Shown here: in pieces, positions 19,016 to 29,433 of the stretch
Position numbering within the stretch: position 1 is the stretch's first letter
Layout: the number at the start of each line of letters is the position of its first letter
Assembly (NCBI GenBank): GCA_964649535.1
Contig: CAZYTF010000001.1
Coordinates: 1,521 to 65,520, forward strand
Reading direction: 5' to 3'
DNA from: an uncultured Candidatus Saccharibacteria bacterium
GTDB taxonomy: Bacteria; Patescibacteriota; Minisyncoccia; Phycocordibacterales; UBA918
DNA length: 64,000 nucleotides
The notes under the pieces: generated by a model
The model's input: the letters and a program-made list of their open reading frames with translations, nothing else
Database searches by the model: none
What the model was told of the DNA's origin: nothing
Position numbers and translations under genes: made by a program

Positions 19016-19873
19016 TTACACGCGAGTAATGCTTTCGTAAAACGCACGTTTCGCAGTTTCGTCCCACTCCAACTTAAGAAGTGGATTGCGGGTGTTGTCT
19101 GCACCCATGAATGGGATACAAGAACCGGAGAATCGTACGAAGGTTCTGAAACAGTCCTTAGTTGCAAAGCCGGGTTCATGCGGACAAAATGCATTGAGCA
19201 AATGAAATCTATAGGGTTGTGGTTCGTGTCGTTCTAAACCTATACTCTGCTCATTCAGAGCTTTGAATAAACCCTTCTTGTCTGCAGGTAAAGCTTCGAC
19301 ATCAAACGAATGGCATACAAATCGCGTTGGTATGGCATTTGTGATAGCCAGCTGGTGTTGCGCAACTTGAGGAAAGATTGATGATTTTTGGAATCCGTCC
19401 AAATGAATTCCAGTCTTCCGCTGTGATGTATCTTTTTTAACGTATGACTGCTGAATGGTTAGGTACAAATATTGTCCTTGCAAGTATGGGTTAAATTTTT
19501 CTTCAATACTCAAAATTGAGTCAATGATGTTAGAAAAACAATTCAAGACAACATCTGGAATGTGCACAATTCCATGAGGTACTTTGATGGGCATATCTTC
19601 AATATAGAGACCAGTCTCACTAAAGTGTTTTCTGACAAACGTTTCAGTAGCTGGCCCTGCCCACACCTGACTGCTACTCTCTCTCTTGTGTGAAAAAAGC
19701 GGCAGCTGTGACTTCGGGCGAGCTGGGCTGGCGAGCGAGTTTTGAATTTCTGTATTCACACTTGGAAAAATGTAAGGAAGGTGGGGGATAGCAAGCTTTC
19801 GCTGATCCCAGATGACTCCTTTTTTAAAATCACTAAGTGTATGCTTCCGATATTTATCCATCTGTTTCTCCAT
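19016..19873 (-). CDS. putative 2OG-Fe(II) oxygenase-like protein
   Basis: HxD (GIHLDGF), distal H (CPHEPG) and RTFVRFS. Confidence 0.55.
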   Translation of the reverse strand: MEKQMDKYRKHTLSDFKKGVIWDQRKLAIPHLPYIFPSVNTEIQNSLASPARPKSQLPLFSHKRESSSQVWAGPATETFVRKHFSETGLYIEDMPIKVPHGIVHIPDVVLNCFSNIIDSILSIEEKFNPYLQGQYLYLTIQQSYVKKDTSQRKTGIHLDGFQKSSIFPQVAQHQLAITNAIPTRFVCHSFDVEALPADKKGLFKALNEQSIGLERHEPQPYRFHLLNAFCPHEPGFATKDCFRTFVRFSGSCIPFMGADNTRNPLLKLEWDETAKRAFYESITRV

Positions 19874-20117
19874 CTTTGTAAAAGATCTTTGTAGTGGATT
19901 ATGCAGGAATACGTATATTTATCAAGCTTTTTGAATATGGTCACTCATTTTGGAGGTTTTGTTGCTAACTATAATTTTACCTACTGGAAAGTTTTTTTGT
20001 ATATAGCTATTTGTTATGTACATAGGTATTGTATAATTAAAGGACTTATACATCTAAGTACATACCAATGCGAATTTAATTTTTTGGAGAAATATTTAGT
20101 AGCGTAATCCACAATGT

Positions 20118-20186
20118 ATGGCTGAGCGAATTGCCCACAAAAAAGAAAAGAAGAAACCAAAGAAGGACAAGACAGTGAAGAAATAA
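20118..20186 (+). CDS. 22-aa lysine-rich basic micropeptide
   Basis: MAERIAHKKEKKKPKKDKTVKK, followed directly by terminator aaaggcagcac-ttcg-gtgctgctttt. Confidence 0.55.
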   Translation: MAERIAHKKEKKKPKKDKTVKK

Positions 20187-20255
20187 ATATAAAGGCAGCA
20201 CTTCGGTGCTGCTTTTATATTTACAATGTGCTGTACATCTGCGACTATGTTCTCT

Positions 20256-21521
20256 ATGTCTACAAAAAAACTATGTGTGGGTTTGATTATTTACATCCTT
20301 GTTTTTCCTGGGAATGTTGCGTTGGCAAAAAATGATTCAGATACATTAGAATTACTCACGCATCAAATCACGGCACTTGAGAAATATATTGCACGCACGA
20401 ACCTTCGCATGGGGCTTTCTGAAGCCGTAGCTCTTCCTCGTGAAGACATGCGAGATGTAATAAAAAATGGAGTTGCTTGGCTTGTGGAAGCACAAGAGGG
20501 GACTGGTCATTTTGCATATGAATATTTGCCGTACAGTGATGAGTATAAGTATGGCGACAATATCGTGCGGCAGGCAGGTGCGCTGTACGCACTTACCGAA
20601 GTTGCTCGACGAGATGCTGTGGGAGATATGCATCGGTCTGCTGCTATCGAGGAAGCAGTAGTTTTTTTTGAAAATGCATCACTTGCACACACTTATGAAG
20701 GGAAGGAGGTTCGATGTCTTGCGAGAAACAAGGACAGTAAAACGTGCATCCTTGGCGCAACTGCTCTTGCGCTTGCGGGAGTACTTGGCTATGTTGAATC
20801 TGACCCAGCAAAAGCTAGTACGTACGAACATCTGATAGAAGGGTACATTTCATTTATCATGGCTTCCAAAAAAGAAGCCGCCGGTTTCCGTGATCAGTAT
20901 CGCATAGGGACGGGTTTTGTAGGTGATAAGGAGTCTTCGTTCTCAAACGGCGAAGCCTTGTTGGCTCTTGTTCGTTACTATCAGTATAGTCCGGACCAAG
21001 AAGTAAAAAGAATTATTGATGAAACTTTCTCTTATCTTGAAGTAATACCGTTTGATACCCCGCTGTACCTTTGGGCAATGGCAGCATTGAAAGACATGCA
21101 TGCACTTTGGCCAAGTGAAAAGTACACAACATATGGTGAGAAATTCACCGCTTGGCGCATGGGGTCGCTTTATAGAAGTCATGGCACCACTAGAAATTAT
21201 TGTGCCTCAACGGAAGGTTTGGCAAGCGCCTATACCCTTATTGAAGACTCTGCTTCAAAGGAGGTTCTAGAGCGTCTGCGAACAGAAATTGATTTTTGGA
21301 ATTTAAAAAATGTTGACTTACAAATTACATCAAATGATCTATACCGATTGGCTACACGCGAAGACGGAACGATCTTTTTGGAATTTGTGCAAAATCTGAA
21401 CAAAAGTAGGGGAGGCTTCTTAACAGCTGAAAACGAACTGACACAAAGAATCGATTTTACGCAACATTGTGTCAGTACCTATGTGCAAACGCTGGTTGAT
21501 ATTGATGGGCAGTTATTATAG
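20256..21521 (+). CDS. secreted alpha/alpha-barrel-like hypothetical protein
   Basis: Signal peptide; WL..AQ..TGHF.Y, NIVRQAGALYAL, GGF...RIDFTQHC; start uncertain (20226-20256). Confidence 0.65.
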   Translation: MSTKKLCVGLIIYILVFPGNVALAKNDSDTLELLTHQITALEKYIARTNLRMGLSEAVALPREDMRDVIKNGVAWLVEAQEGTGHFAYEYLPYSDEYKYGDNIVRQAGALYALTEVARRDAVGDMHRSAAIEEAVVFFENASLAHTYEGKEVRCLARNKDSKTCILGATALALAGVLGYVESDPAKASTYEHLIEGYISFIMASKKEAAGFRDQYRIGTGFVGDKESSFSNGEALLALVRYYQYSPDQEVKRIIDETFSYLEVIPFDTPLYLWAMAALKDMHALWPSEKYTTYGEKFTAWRMGSLYRSHGTTRNYCASTEGLASAYTLIEDSASKEVLERLRTEIDFWNLKNVDLQITSNDLYRLATREDGTIFLEFVQNLNKSRGGFLTAENELTQRIDFTQHCVSTYVQTLVDIDGQLL

Positions 21522-21676
21522 GGACTTACGTTTATAAAAAATTGTAGCTAAAGAATGTTGCCCATTTGTTATATAAATTATGGCAGGGTGTAGGTTTCAA
21601 GCATGCAAATGGCCTAAACAAAACTAGCAAAATCAAGTACCTTGCATTGCATAGTACCTTGTGATAATATTTTGCT

Positions 21677-22087
21677 ATGGCAGATTCGTCACAAGATAGG
21701 AATCCTGGCAGCAATAACGAGCCAGTAATAAAAGACGTTTTGAAATACAATGTCGAAAATGCGCAGTCACAAATGCGAAAGGGTTTTTTGGAATTCCCTG
21801 TTCTTTTGATAATCGGTGCAAAGCCGACATATGCTCCAGATATTCTGAAGCAGCTTAAAAAGGCAAATTTATTAGTAGTAGAGGGTACATTATATCCTCT
21901 CTTATCGAGACTTAAGCGGCATGGCCTTGTTGGGTATGAATGGGAAGAGAGTAAAAGTGGCCCACCACGAAAAATGTACACCGTAACAGTCGAAGGAAAA
22001 GAAGTATTGCAGCAACTAGATGCGTCATGGAAAACTCTAGACACATCAGTAAATACACTAATCAAGCATTATGAAAAAGGTAATTAA
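21677..22087 (+). CDS. PadR family transcriptional regulator
   Basis: QMRKGFLEF, VVEGTLYPLLSRL, WEESKSGPPRKMY. Confidence 0.92.
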   Translation: MADSSQDRNPGSNNEPVIKDVLKYNVENAQSQMRKGFLEFPVLLIIGAKPTYAPDILKQLKKANLLVVEGTLYPLLSRLKRHGLVGYEWEESKSGPPRKMYTVTVEGKEVLQQLDASWKTLDTSVNTLIKHYEKGN

Positions 22088-23306
22088 CATAACACTCGGA
22101 GGAATAGTTTTTGCTATAGAGCAAGATGCGTACGATACACTCGCTTCCTACCTTGAAGATATTAAAAAGAATCTTACTCTGACTGATGACGCCCAGGAAA
22201 TTGTGGGGGACATTGAAAGTGCAATTGCTGAGAAGTTTTCTGTACGCAAGCGTAATGAAAGGGTGGCAGTTACTGATGGGGATGTTGCGGCTGTGGTTTC
22301 TGAAATGGGCAGCCCTGCTGACTTTCGTGAAAGCGAAGATGCTGACACCACAAGTTCAGTGCATGCACAGGTTTCGTCAGACGCGACTGTTAAAAAGCGA
22401 CTGTATCGTGATACTGACGACGCTATCGTTGCTGGTGTTGCTTCGGGGCTCGCCAAGTATTTCGACATCGACCCTGTAATTGTGAGACTTGCTTTTGTTA
22501 TCTCAATTTTCTTCAATGGACTGGGCATCCTTGCATACAGTATCTTGTGGTTAGTTATTCCGAAGGCAGAAACCACTGCACAAAAATACGCTATGCGAGG
22601 TGAGAAGGTGACACTTAAAGAAATCACTGAACAAGTAAAAAAAAATTTGAAAGGTCTTGATGAAGTGGATATGAGTAGTGCAAAAAGTGCATGGACTCCA
22701 ATTCGAAATTTTCTCAACAAAGTATTTATTGTGCTCGGAATTATTGTGCTGGCCTTTGTAAGGATGCTTCGATATCTGGGAGGCTTCTTGGTTCTGATGG
22801 TCGGTGCTTTTTCACTCGCAGCACTAGTCTCTGTATATAGTGTTGTGTTGTTATCTGATCAAATATTTATACCTACTGAAGCTCAGACTGCTGTTAGCAT
22901 TATGGTCAGCAGCGTTTCAGGTATTCTAGCCATCGCCTCTTCTTTTGTTGTTTCTGCTATTCCGTTACTCTTTTTGATTTTGATTGGTGGAAGTTTGCTT
23001 GTAAAACGAAACTTATGTACTGCTTCGAAAACTATTACACTTGTAGTGGTATGGATTATCGCTATCGTACTTGCGGTTACAGCTTCAGCTCTGCAGGTGG
23101 AAAAGGTTATGCATGCTTTGAGTACTGATAGTTTTAAACATGACGAGTACCAAGTCTACATTAATCTAGGAGAAAGTGATGAAAATGAAGACTCAGTTGA
23201 GTTGCGGTGGGGGGATGAAGAAATGTCTATTGTATCTACAGAGTCACAAGATTTGCCTGATGCTCTAGCTTCAGAAGAAAGTTCAATTGAGTTCGATGCG
23301 CAATAA
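22071..23306 (+). CDS. PspC domain membrane protein
   Basis: MKKVINITLGG, KRLYRDTDDAIVAGVASGLAKYFDIDPVIVRL. Confidence 0.9.
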   Translation: MKKVINITLGGIVFAIEQDAYDTLASYLEDIKKNLTLTDDAQEIVGDIESAIAEKFSVRKRNERVAVTDGDVAAVVSEMGSPADFRESEDADTTSSVHAQVSSDATVKKRLYRDTDDAIVAGVASGLAKYFDIDPVIVRLAFVISIFFNGLGILAYSILWLVIPKAETTAQKYAMRGEKVTLKEITEQVKKNLKGLDEVDMSSAKSAWTPIRNFLNKVFIVLGIIVLAFVRMLRYLGGFLVLMVGAFSLAALVSVYSVVLLSDQIFIPTEAQTAVSIMVSSVSGILAIASSFVVSAIPLLFLILIGGSLLVKRNLCTASKTITLVVVWIIAIVLAVTASALQVEKVMHALSTDSFKHDEYQVYINLGESDENEDSVELRWGDEEMSIVSTESQDLPDALASEESSIEFDAQ

Positions 23307-23391
23307 AATTACAGGATAAAAATGTGTAGATTAAATCTACACATTGACTTATTTAGGTTGCAATTTGGCCATAAAGGGGGATAATTTAGAC

Positions 23392-23871
23392 ATGAGGTTA
23401 TTATCAAACATTTTGTTTGTCGTGAGTGCTATATTTATTTTGGCTTGCGTTGGGTTGTATTTATTTAGTACTGCCCAAATTGCAGAAGCTCCAGTGATGG
23501 ATGTAGGTAGTGTAGACACAGCTGAGTCAGTAGTCATGGTTTCAGTCAATTCTTTTGAAGAGTGTGCAGCAGTTGGTAATCCTGTAATGATGTCTAGTCC
23601 AGCGCAGTGTCGCCACAATGGTGTGCTTTATACTGAGGAAGCTGTAGTTTCAGCTGAGCCGCAAGAAGGTGAAACTGTTTGTTCTCCTGAATCGAAGTTA
23701 GCCGAAGTTTGCACAATGGAATATGCGCCAGTGTGTGGTTTGGTGCAGGTACAGTGCGTGACTACACCGTGTAACCATGTTCCGGAAACTTTTTCAAACG
23801 ACTGCATGGCGTGTGCACAAGAAAATGTTATTTCGTATAAAGAAGGTGAGTGTTCACTAGAAGTTCAATAA
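23392..23871 (+). CDS. membrane-anchored Cys-rich protein with Kazal-like domain
   Basis: N-terminal TM; SFEECAAVGNPV...P.QC; CTMEYAPVCG...TFSNDCMAC...GEC. Confidence 0.75.
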   Translation: MRLLSNILFVVSAIFILACVGLYLFSTAQIAEAPVMDVGSVDTAESVVMVSVNSFEECAAVGNPVMMSSPAQCRHNGVLYTEEAVVSAEPQEGETVCSPESKLAEVCTMEYAPVCGLVQVQCVTTPCNHVPETFSNDCMACAQENVISYKEGECSLEVQ

Positions 23872-23873
23872 TT

Positions 23874-24197
23874 ATGTTTGCAATAATAAAAGGTTATATA
23901 GCGTATATAAAAGATAATCCTGAGGGCTTTTGGTTTAAACGAAAAGCATACGGCTATGGTTGGACGCCAGCAACAATAGAAGGTTGGCTTGTGACACTCG
24001 GTTCTTTTCTCTTTATACTCGGCATTGTGTTGCGAGCTGACCGTCTGGAAATTAAAGAAAGTGAAGCGCTTATACAAGTAGTTATCCCGATGTTTACGGT
24101 GATAGGGTTTCTTATTTTGATTTGTTTAAAGACAGGAGAGTCTCCAAAGTGGCAGTGGAAATTGCCAAAAAAATATTTCGAAGACACTAAAGATTAG
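23874..24197 (+). CDS. small two-TM membrane protein
   Basis: WFKRKAYGYGWTPATIEGW and KTGESPKWQW. Confidence 0.75.
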   Translation: MFAIIKGYIAYIKDNPEGFWFKRKAYGYGWTPATIEGWLVTLGSFLFILGIVLRADRLEIKESEALIQVVIPMFTVIGFLILICLKTGESPKWQWKLPKKYFEDTKD

Positions 24198-26275
24198 ACT
24201 GCTTGCCATTTTTTTAAAAATTTTGATAGTACAAGTGAGGCAACAAAGATGACTACCGAAAGACCAAGATATTTTGGGTCGAGGGTATTAAATGATATTC
24301 CATCCATTTTGAATGATTCAATATCAAGTGATGCGCCGATTGAAACAAAAGTTGCGGTGCCCAAAAGAATCCCCACAAAAGTCGCTGCAATAAATGGAAC
24401 AAATGCAGTCTTTAGTATCCCCGCAATATAACTCACACCATCAAATGGCAGGAAGATAAGTCGCATGGTTAGTATTGAAATGAATGTATTTTTTTGGAGA
24501 GAGGTAACCCAATTCCCAATGATTGAATCTTCTGGAGATAATCCCTTTCCAAAAAAACGCCCAACGGCATACGCAACACCTGAAGATAAAGTTGCTGCGA
24601 GTATGGTAAGTACAGTACCGCCCCAGAAGCCAAAAAATATACCCGAAAGTATCGTGAGTGCTGTGGCAGGGAAGAAGGTAAGTGGTCGTAGCGCATATAC
24701 CAGCACATAAAGCAGTGGTCCCCAGATGGTCATGGTGATGAAGTCAAAAATCATCAGCGCTGTTTCTGTCGTACCCATTCCATGTGCAGTTTTATAAATA
24801 TAAAGCTGCAAAAGACCCATAAGCCATAGAGCTCCTACAAGAATTTTAGGAGTGTGTTTTTTGAGTAGATATAAAATGTCTGATTTTAAATTTGAAATTT
24901 GCTGGGCAAAGAAATGATCACCTGCTTTCTTGACGACAAGTGAGTACGTTGGATATGCATACATAATGTTGCGCAAACTCCACATGGAAATCTTTTTATC
25001 TAGAGCAAGTGTAAAAATTGATATGAGTTCACCTGCGGATGGTCCGATTATGTTCGCTCCAAGCACGGCCCCATTAAGCCTCTTTGCATACACGACGAGA
25101 AGCCCATCTGTGTCGCTATCTGTTTGAGCTCTATCGTTTTCTAGGAAAGGAACCTCAATGCGCATGACTTCTTTTTCCGTATATTTTTGAAGTGCGTCTT
25201 GGTATGACATGCCGACTTGTGCGATTTCTGGTTCAGTATAGGTTACTTTTGGAACTGCTTTTTTATTGTCTGCACGTAGGAATCCCTTTGAGACAACATG
25301 TGTAACAACTTGCCGTGCGCTATCGTTTGCCGTGTGCGTAAATTTTAAACGTTGTGCAATATCACCAACAGCGTATACATGTTTATTTGAGGTGCGGTGC
25401 TGTTTGTCGACTTGGATGCCGTATGTATCTGCTGCAATTCCTGCGGTGTCTAATCCTTTTGGGAAATTGGGCAAACGACCAACTGCATAGAGGATTTTGT
25501 CATACGCGACACGTACTTCAGTGAGTGTCGATTCGTTACCGTTTTCCTTGATCTCAAATAGGGCTTGTTTGTTTTCGACTTCTTTTATAAACGCATTGAG
25601 GTGTATGGTTATTCCTAAATTGGTGAAAACTTTTTGGATAATAGGCGATACTGCTTCGTCTTCGAGTCGCGCAAAACGGTCGTTTACATCGGCAATGGTT
25701 ACGTTACTCCCAAGCATTGCAAACGCTTGTCCCATCTCCATGCCAATCGGTCCTGCACCTACGATGAGTAATCGTTCGGGAACGGTTTCTAAATCAAAGA
25801 TATTTTGATTTGTGAGAATGTCGTTCTGGCTAATTCCAGGGACGTTAATCATTCGTGGGCTTGAGCCGGTCGCAATGACGGCATGTTTGTAACCAAACTC
25901 TGATTCTTCAATTTTGATAGTGCATGGTGCAACAAATTCCGCTTCTCCAAATTCAACGTCAATACCTTGAGCACGAAACGCCTCAGGAGTTTCGTGCTCC
26001 AAAATACCTTCAACCTTACTTCGTACATATACAAAAGCATTCGTGCGGTATGCTTCATTTTTTTTGTTTTTACCAGAGATAGTGAGTGCACTATGGAATG
26101 ATTTTGCATGATGTAGTAATGCTTTAGACGGTATACACCCGGAGTTGGTGCATTCTCCTCCCATATGTTCTTGTTCTACAAGCAATGTTTTTCTTCCAAT
26201 TTTAGCGAAACCGGTAGCGGCAGTAAGTCCGCCTGAGCCTGCACCAATCACCACAACATCGTAGTCTTTTTTCAT
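24194..26275 (-). CDS. flavin-disulfide oxidoreductase (MerA/Lpd-like) fused to C-terminal DedA/TVP38 (VTT) domain
   Basis: GAGSGG, GGECTNSGCIPSK, GAGPIG.E, YAVGD, FTHTA, YPTYS; C-terminal YALRPLTFFPA..L...G..FG and MRLIFLPFD. Confidence 0.88.
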   Translation of the reverse strand: MKKDYDVVVIGAGSGGLTAATGFAKIGRKTLLVEQEHMGGECTNSGCIPSKALLHHAKSFHSALTISGKNKKNEAYRTNAFVYVRSKVEGILEHETPEAFRAQGIDVEFGEAEFVAPCTIKIEESEFGYKHAVIATGSSPRMINVPGISQNDILTNQNIFDLETVPERLLIVGAGPIGMEMGQAFAMLGSNVTIADVNDRFARLEDEAVSPIIQKVFTNLGITIHLNAFIKEVENKQALFEIKENGNESTLTEVRVAYDKILYAVGRLPNFPKGLDTAGIAADTYGIQVDKQHRTSNKHVYAVGDIAQRLKFTHTANDSARQVVTHVVSKGFLRADNKKAVPKVTYTEPEIAQVGMSYQDALQKYTEKEVMRIEVPFLENDRAQTDSDTDGLLVVYAKRLNGAVLGANIIGPSAGELISIFTLALDKKISMWSLRNIMYAYPTYSLVVKKAGDHFFAQQISNLKSDILYLLKKHTPKILVGALWLMGLLQLYIYKTAHGMGTTETALMIFDFITMTIWGPLLYVLVYALRPLTFFPATALTILSGIFFGFWGGTVLTILAATLSSGVAYAVGRFFGKGLSPEDSIIGNWVTSLQKNTFISILTMRLIFLPFDGVSYIAGILKTAFVPFIAATFVGILLGTATFVSIGASLDIESFKMDGISFNTLDPKYLGLSVVIFVASLVLSKFLKKWQAV

Positions 26276-26403
26276 GCATATAGTATATCGTACGTGCTTT
26301 ACTTTTGTTTTTTTAAAAAAGAAAATACCTCATGTGTATTCTCTTTGAGAAATGTACATGAGGTATTGGACTGAAAGGCGTCCCCTGAAAGCCTCTCAAA
26401 TTT

Positions 26404-26871
26404 TCAACTACCCTCTGGTGATTTCACCAGCGTTCGGGGCGATGTCATTAACCCTGCTCTCAGGGTTTTATTGAAAGCATCTTGATCCGCTGCTCGACGC
26501 AAGCCATAATTAATGTAGAGTAGGTACTCTGTTTTTTCGGCAATATTTACGCTATTGAGGGTCAGTTTTCCCTCTTTCGCAACAAACGAGAACTCACAAA
26601 GTTTTTTTGGGCAAATCCCGGCAAAGTCAAACTGGACATCTTCGAAGAGGATGAATGGCAATTCAGCATCGTCTCCGATTGTTGCAATTGTTTGCATTTC
26701 GATTCGTTCGTCAGCCAAGGAGGTATTCCCTTGCGGGACTTGTTCTGCAAGGCTGATGTCAACAATTTTCCTGCTATCACCTCCCACGCTTCCTTGGTCA
26801 GCAAGGACCGGAGACAGATTTGCGAAAAAAATGACAGCAGCGAGGGCAGGTGTGATGAACTTACTACGCAT
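26404..26871 (-). CDS. hypothetical secreted protein
   Basis: Signal peptide from MRSKFITPALAA with GGAG SD. Confidence 0.6.
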   Translation of the reverse strand: MRSKFITPALAAVIFFANLSPVLADQGSVGGDSRKIVDISLAEQVPQGNTSLADERIEMQTIATIGDDAELPFILFEDVQFDFAGICPKKLCEFSFVAKEGKLTLNSVNIAEKTEYLLYINYGLRRAADQDAFNKTLRAGLMTSPRTLVKSPEGS

Positions 26872-27144
26872 TGGATTTTTCTCCGTGTAGCGCTGAGGGG
26901 GTTCGTAGGTACCCCTCAATATACCTGTAGCCCACCATAACATGTTTTATTTGAAAGTCATTAAATGTCCAAAATCACTAGATTTTGAGCTAAAGGCTGT
27001 TGCTAAAGGGTGTGTAATACCGTATAGTACTGGCCAACAAGCCTTACGGCTGTTTTCTATTTGCGTGAGTGGACAGCCTTGGCGTCAGCATTTGCACCAA
27101 TAGGGAGGTTATACATATATATTAGCTAAATATTATAAAAAATT

Positions 27145-29331
27145 ATGGCACGAGCATTTCCACTCGAAAAACTACGCAACTTCGGTATTGTTGCGCACGT
27201 TGACGCAGGTAAGACAACTACATCTGAACGAATTCTGTTCTACACAGGTATGAGTCACAAAATTGGTGAAGTGCACGATGGTGCAACGGTTACTGACTGG
27301 ATGGATCAAGAGCGAGAGCGGGGTATTACTATTACTGCGGCTGCAATTTCTTGTAACTGGTCTAAAACGCTTGAAGAAGATCGAAAGGACAAAAGCAAAA
27401 TGTTCACGTTTAACATTATTGATACTCCAGGTCACATCGACTTTACTGCGGAAGTAAAGCGTTCGATGCGTGTGCTTGACGGTGCTGTTGTTGTATTTGA
27501 CGGTGCCGCAGGTGTTGAGCCGCAAACAGAAACAAACTGGGGATACGCTGACGAAGCTGCAGTGCCTCGAATCTGTTTTGTAAACAAAATGGACAAACTC
27601 GGCGCTGACTTTGACGCTTCAGTAAAGTCTATTGAAGAACGACTTTCAAAGAAAGCATGCCGAATCCAGATTCCTATGGGAGCTGAAGACAACATGCGAG
27701 GCGTGGTTGATCTTATCGCGATGAAGTCATACACATTTGCTGGTGAAATGGGAATGGAAGTTACCGAAGCTGAAATTCCTGAAGAATTCCTTGCGGAAGC
27801 TACTGCTCGACGAGCTGAGCTTATTGAACGTGTTGTGGAACATGATGATGTGCTTATGGAAGCGTTTCTTGAAGGAAACGAGCCAACAAATGAAGATCTC
27901 AAAAAAACACTTCGGAAAGCAGTGCTCGCAAATGAGATTTTTCCAGTCATGACCGGAACGGCTCTAAAAAATATCGGTGTACAGCTCGTGCTCGATGCAG
28001 TGGTGGATTACCTCCCGTCACCACTAGACCTGCCTCCGACTCACGGAACAGATCCAAAAGACGAGGAAGTTGTTGTTGAACGCAACCCTTCTGACGAAGA
28101 GCCATTCTCTGCGCTTGTGTTTAAGCTCCAGGATGACAAATTCGTTGGACAGCTTGCATTCTTTCGTGTGTATTCTGGTGCTGTAAAAGCAGGAAGTTAC
28201 ATCCTCAACTCTTCAACAGGGGACAAAGAGCGAGTAGGACGAATCGTTCGACTTATGGCTGATAAACGAGAAGAAGTCGATGAAGTGTACGCAGGAGAAA
28301 TTGCTGCAGCAGTAGGTATCAAAGAAGTTAAGACTTCGCATACACTTTGTGACGTAAATGCTCCAATTCTTCTTGAAACAATCACGTTTCCAGAGCCAGT
28401 AGTTGCGGTGCGTGTTGAACCTAAGACAAAGCAAGACCAGGAAAAGATGGGTGTTGCACTTAAGCGTCTTTCAGACGAAGACCCAACATTCAAGGTTTCA
28501 ACAGACGATGAAACAATGGAAACGATTATTGCAGGTATGGGTGAACTCCACCTCGACATTATTGTCGACCGTATGAAGCGAGAATTTGGTGTTGAAGCAA
28601 ATATCGGCCAGCCACAAGTTGCGTACCGAGAAACAATTCAGCGCGAAGCTGAGGCAGAGCACAAATACATCAAACAGTCAGGTGGTCGTGGACAGTACGG
28701 TCACGTTAAGATTCGTATCAAGCCACTTGAGCCACTTGCTAAAGATGCAGACGGTGAAGACGAAAAAGTTGCCAAGAATGTGACCCGTGAAGATCACTTT
28801 GAATTTATCAACAGTATTAAGGGAGGTGTTATTCCGCAGGAATACATTTCTCCTGTTATGAAGGGATGTAAGGAAGCAATGGCGCGAGGTGCAGTTGCTG
28901 GATACAAGATGGAAGATGTGTCAGTAGAGCTCTACGATGGTTCATTCCATGACGTGGACTCGTCTGAAATTGCCTTTAAACTTGCCGGCATTAATGCCTT
29001 CAAGGAGGCTGCGCGAAGAGCTAACGCTGTTATTCTTGAGCCGATTATGAAGGTTGAGGTGCGTACTCCAGAAGAATATCTTGGAGATATCAATGGGAAT
29101 ATCTCTTCAAAGCGTGGACAAGTCGAAGCGTCTGAAGAACTTGGAGGTAAAACTATTGTGCACGCAAAAGTCCCTCTTTCAGAAATGTTTGGGTATACAA
29201 ACTCATTGCGTTCGATGACACAAGGACGTGCGTCCATGACAATGGAGTTTGATCACTACGAAGTGGTGCCTCCAAATGTTGCGGAAGAAATTAAGAAAGC
29301 CCGCGGAGTGAAGACTGAAGAGGAGGTGTAA
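27145..29331 (+). CDS. fusA: elongation factor G
   Basis: AHVDAGKTTTSERIL, ERERGITI, DTPGHIDF, NKMD, GMGELHL, HDVDSSE. Confidence 0.98.
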   Translation: MARAFPLEKLRNFGIVAHVDAGKTTTSERILFYTGMSHKIGEVHDGATVTDWMDQERERGITITAAAISCNWSKTLEEDRKDKSKMFTFNIIDTPGHIDFTAEVKRSMRVLDGAVVVFDGAAGVEPQTETNWGYADEAAVPRICFVNKMDKLGADFDASVKSIEERLSKKACRIQIPMGAEDNMRGVVDLIAMKSYTFAGEMGMEVTEAEIPEEFLAEATARRAELIERVVEHDDVLMEAFLEGNEPTNEDLKKTLRKAVLANEIFPVMTGTALKNIGVQLVLDAVVDYLPSPLDLPPTHGTDPKDEEVVVERNPSDEEPFSALVFKLQDDKFVGQLAFFRVYSGAVKAGSYILNSSTGDKERVGRIVRLMADKREEVDEVYAGEIAAAVGIKEVKTSHTLCDVNAPILLETITFPEPVVAVRVEPKTKQDQEKMGVALKRLSDEDPTFKVSTDDETMETIIAGMGELHLDIIVDRMKREFGVEANIGQPQVAYRETIQREAEAEHKYIKQSGGRGQYGHVKIRIKPLEPLAKDADGEDEKVAKNVTREDHFEFINSIKGGVIPQEYISPVMKGCKEAMARGAVAGYKMEDVSVELYDGSFHDVDSSEIAFKLAGINAFKEAARRANAVILEPIMKVEVRTPEEYLGDINGNISSKRGQVEASEELGGKTIVHAKVPLSEMFGYTNSLRSMTQGRASMTMEFDHYEVVPPNVAEEIKKARGVKTEEEV

Positions 29332-29433
29332 GGGTTGAAATATATAATGCAAAAAGTGCGAGGGCTAAGCCCTTGCACTTTTTACATATAAAACCCGGTA
29401 GCTCACAAGCTTCCGGGTTGGGTGATTTTAGTT

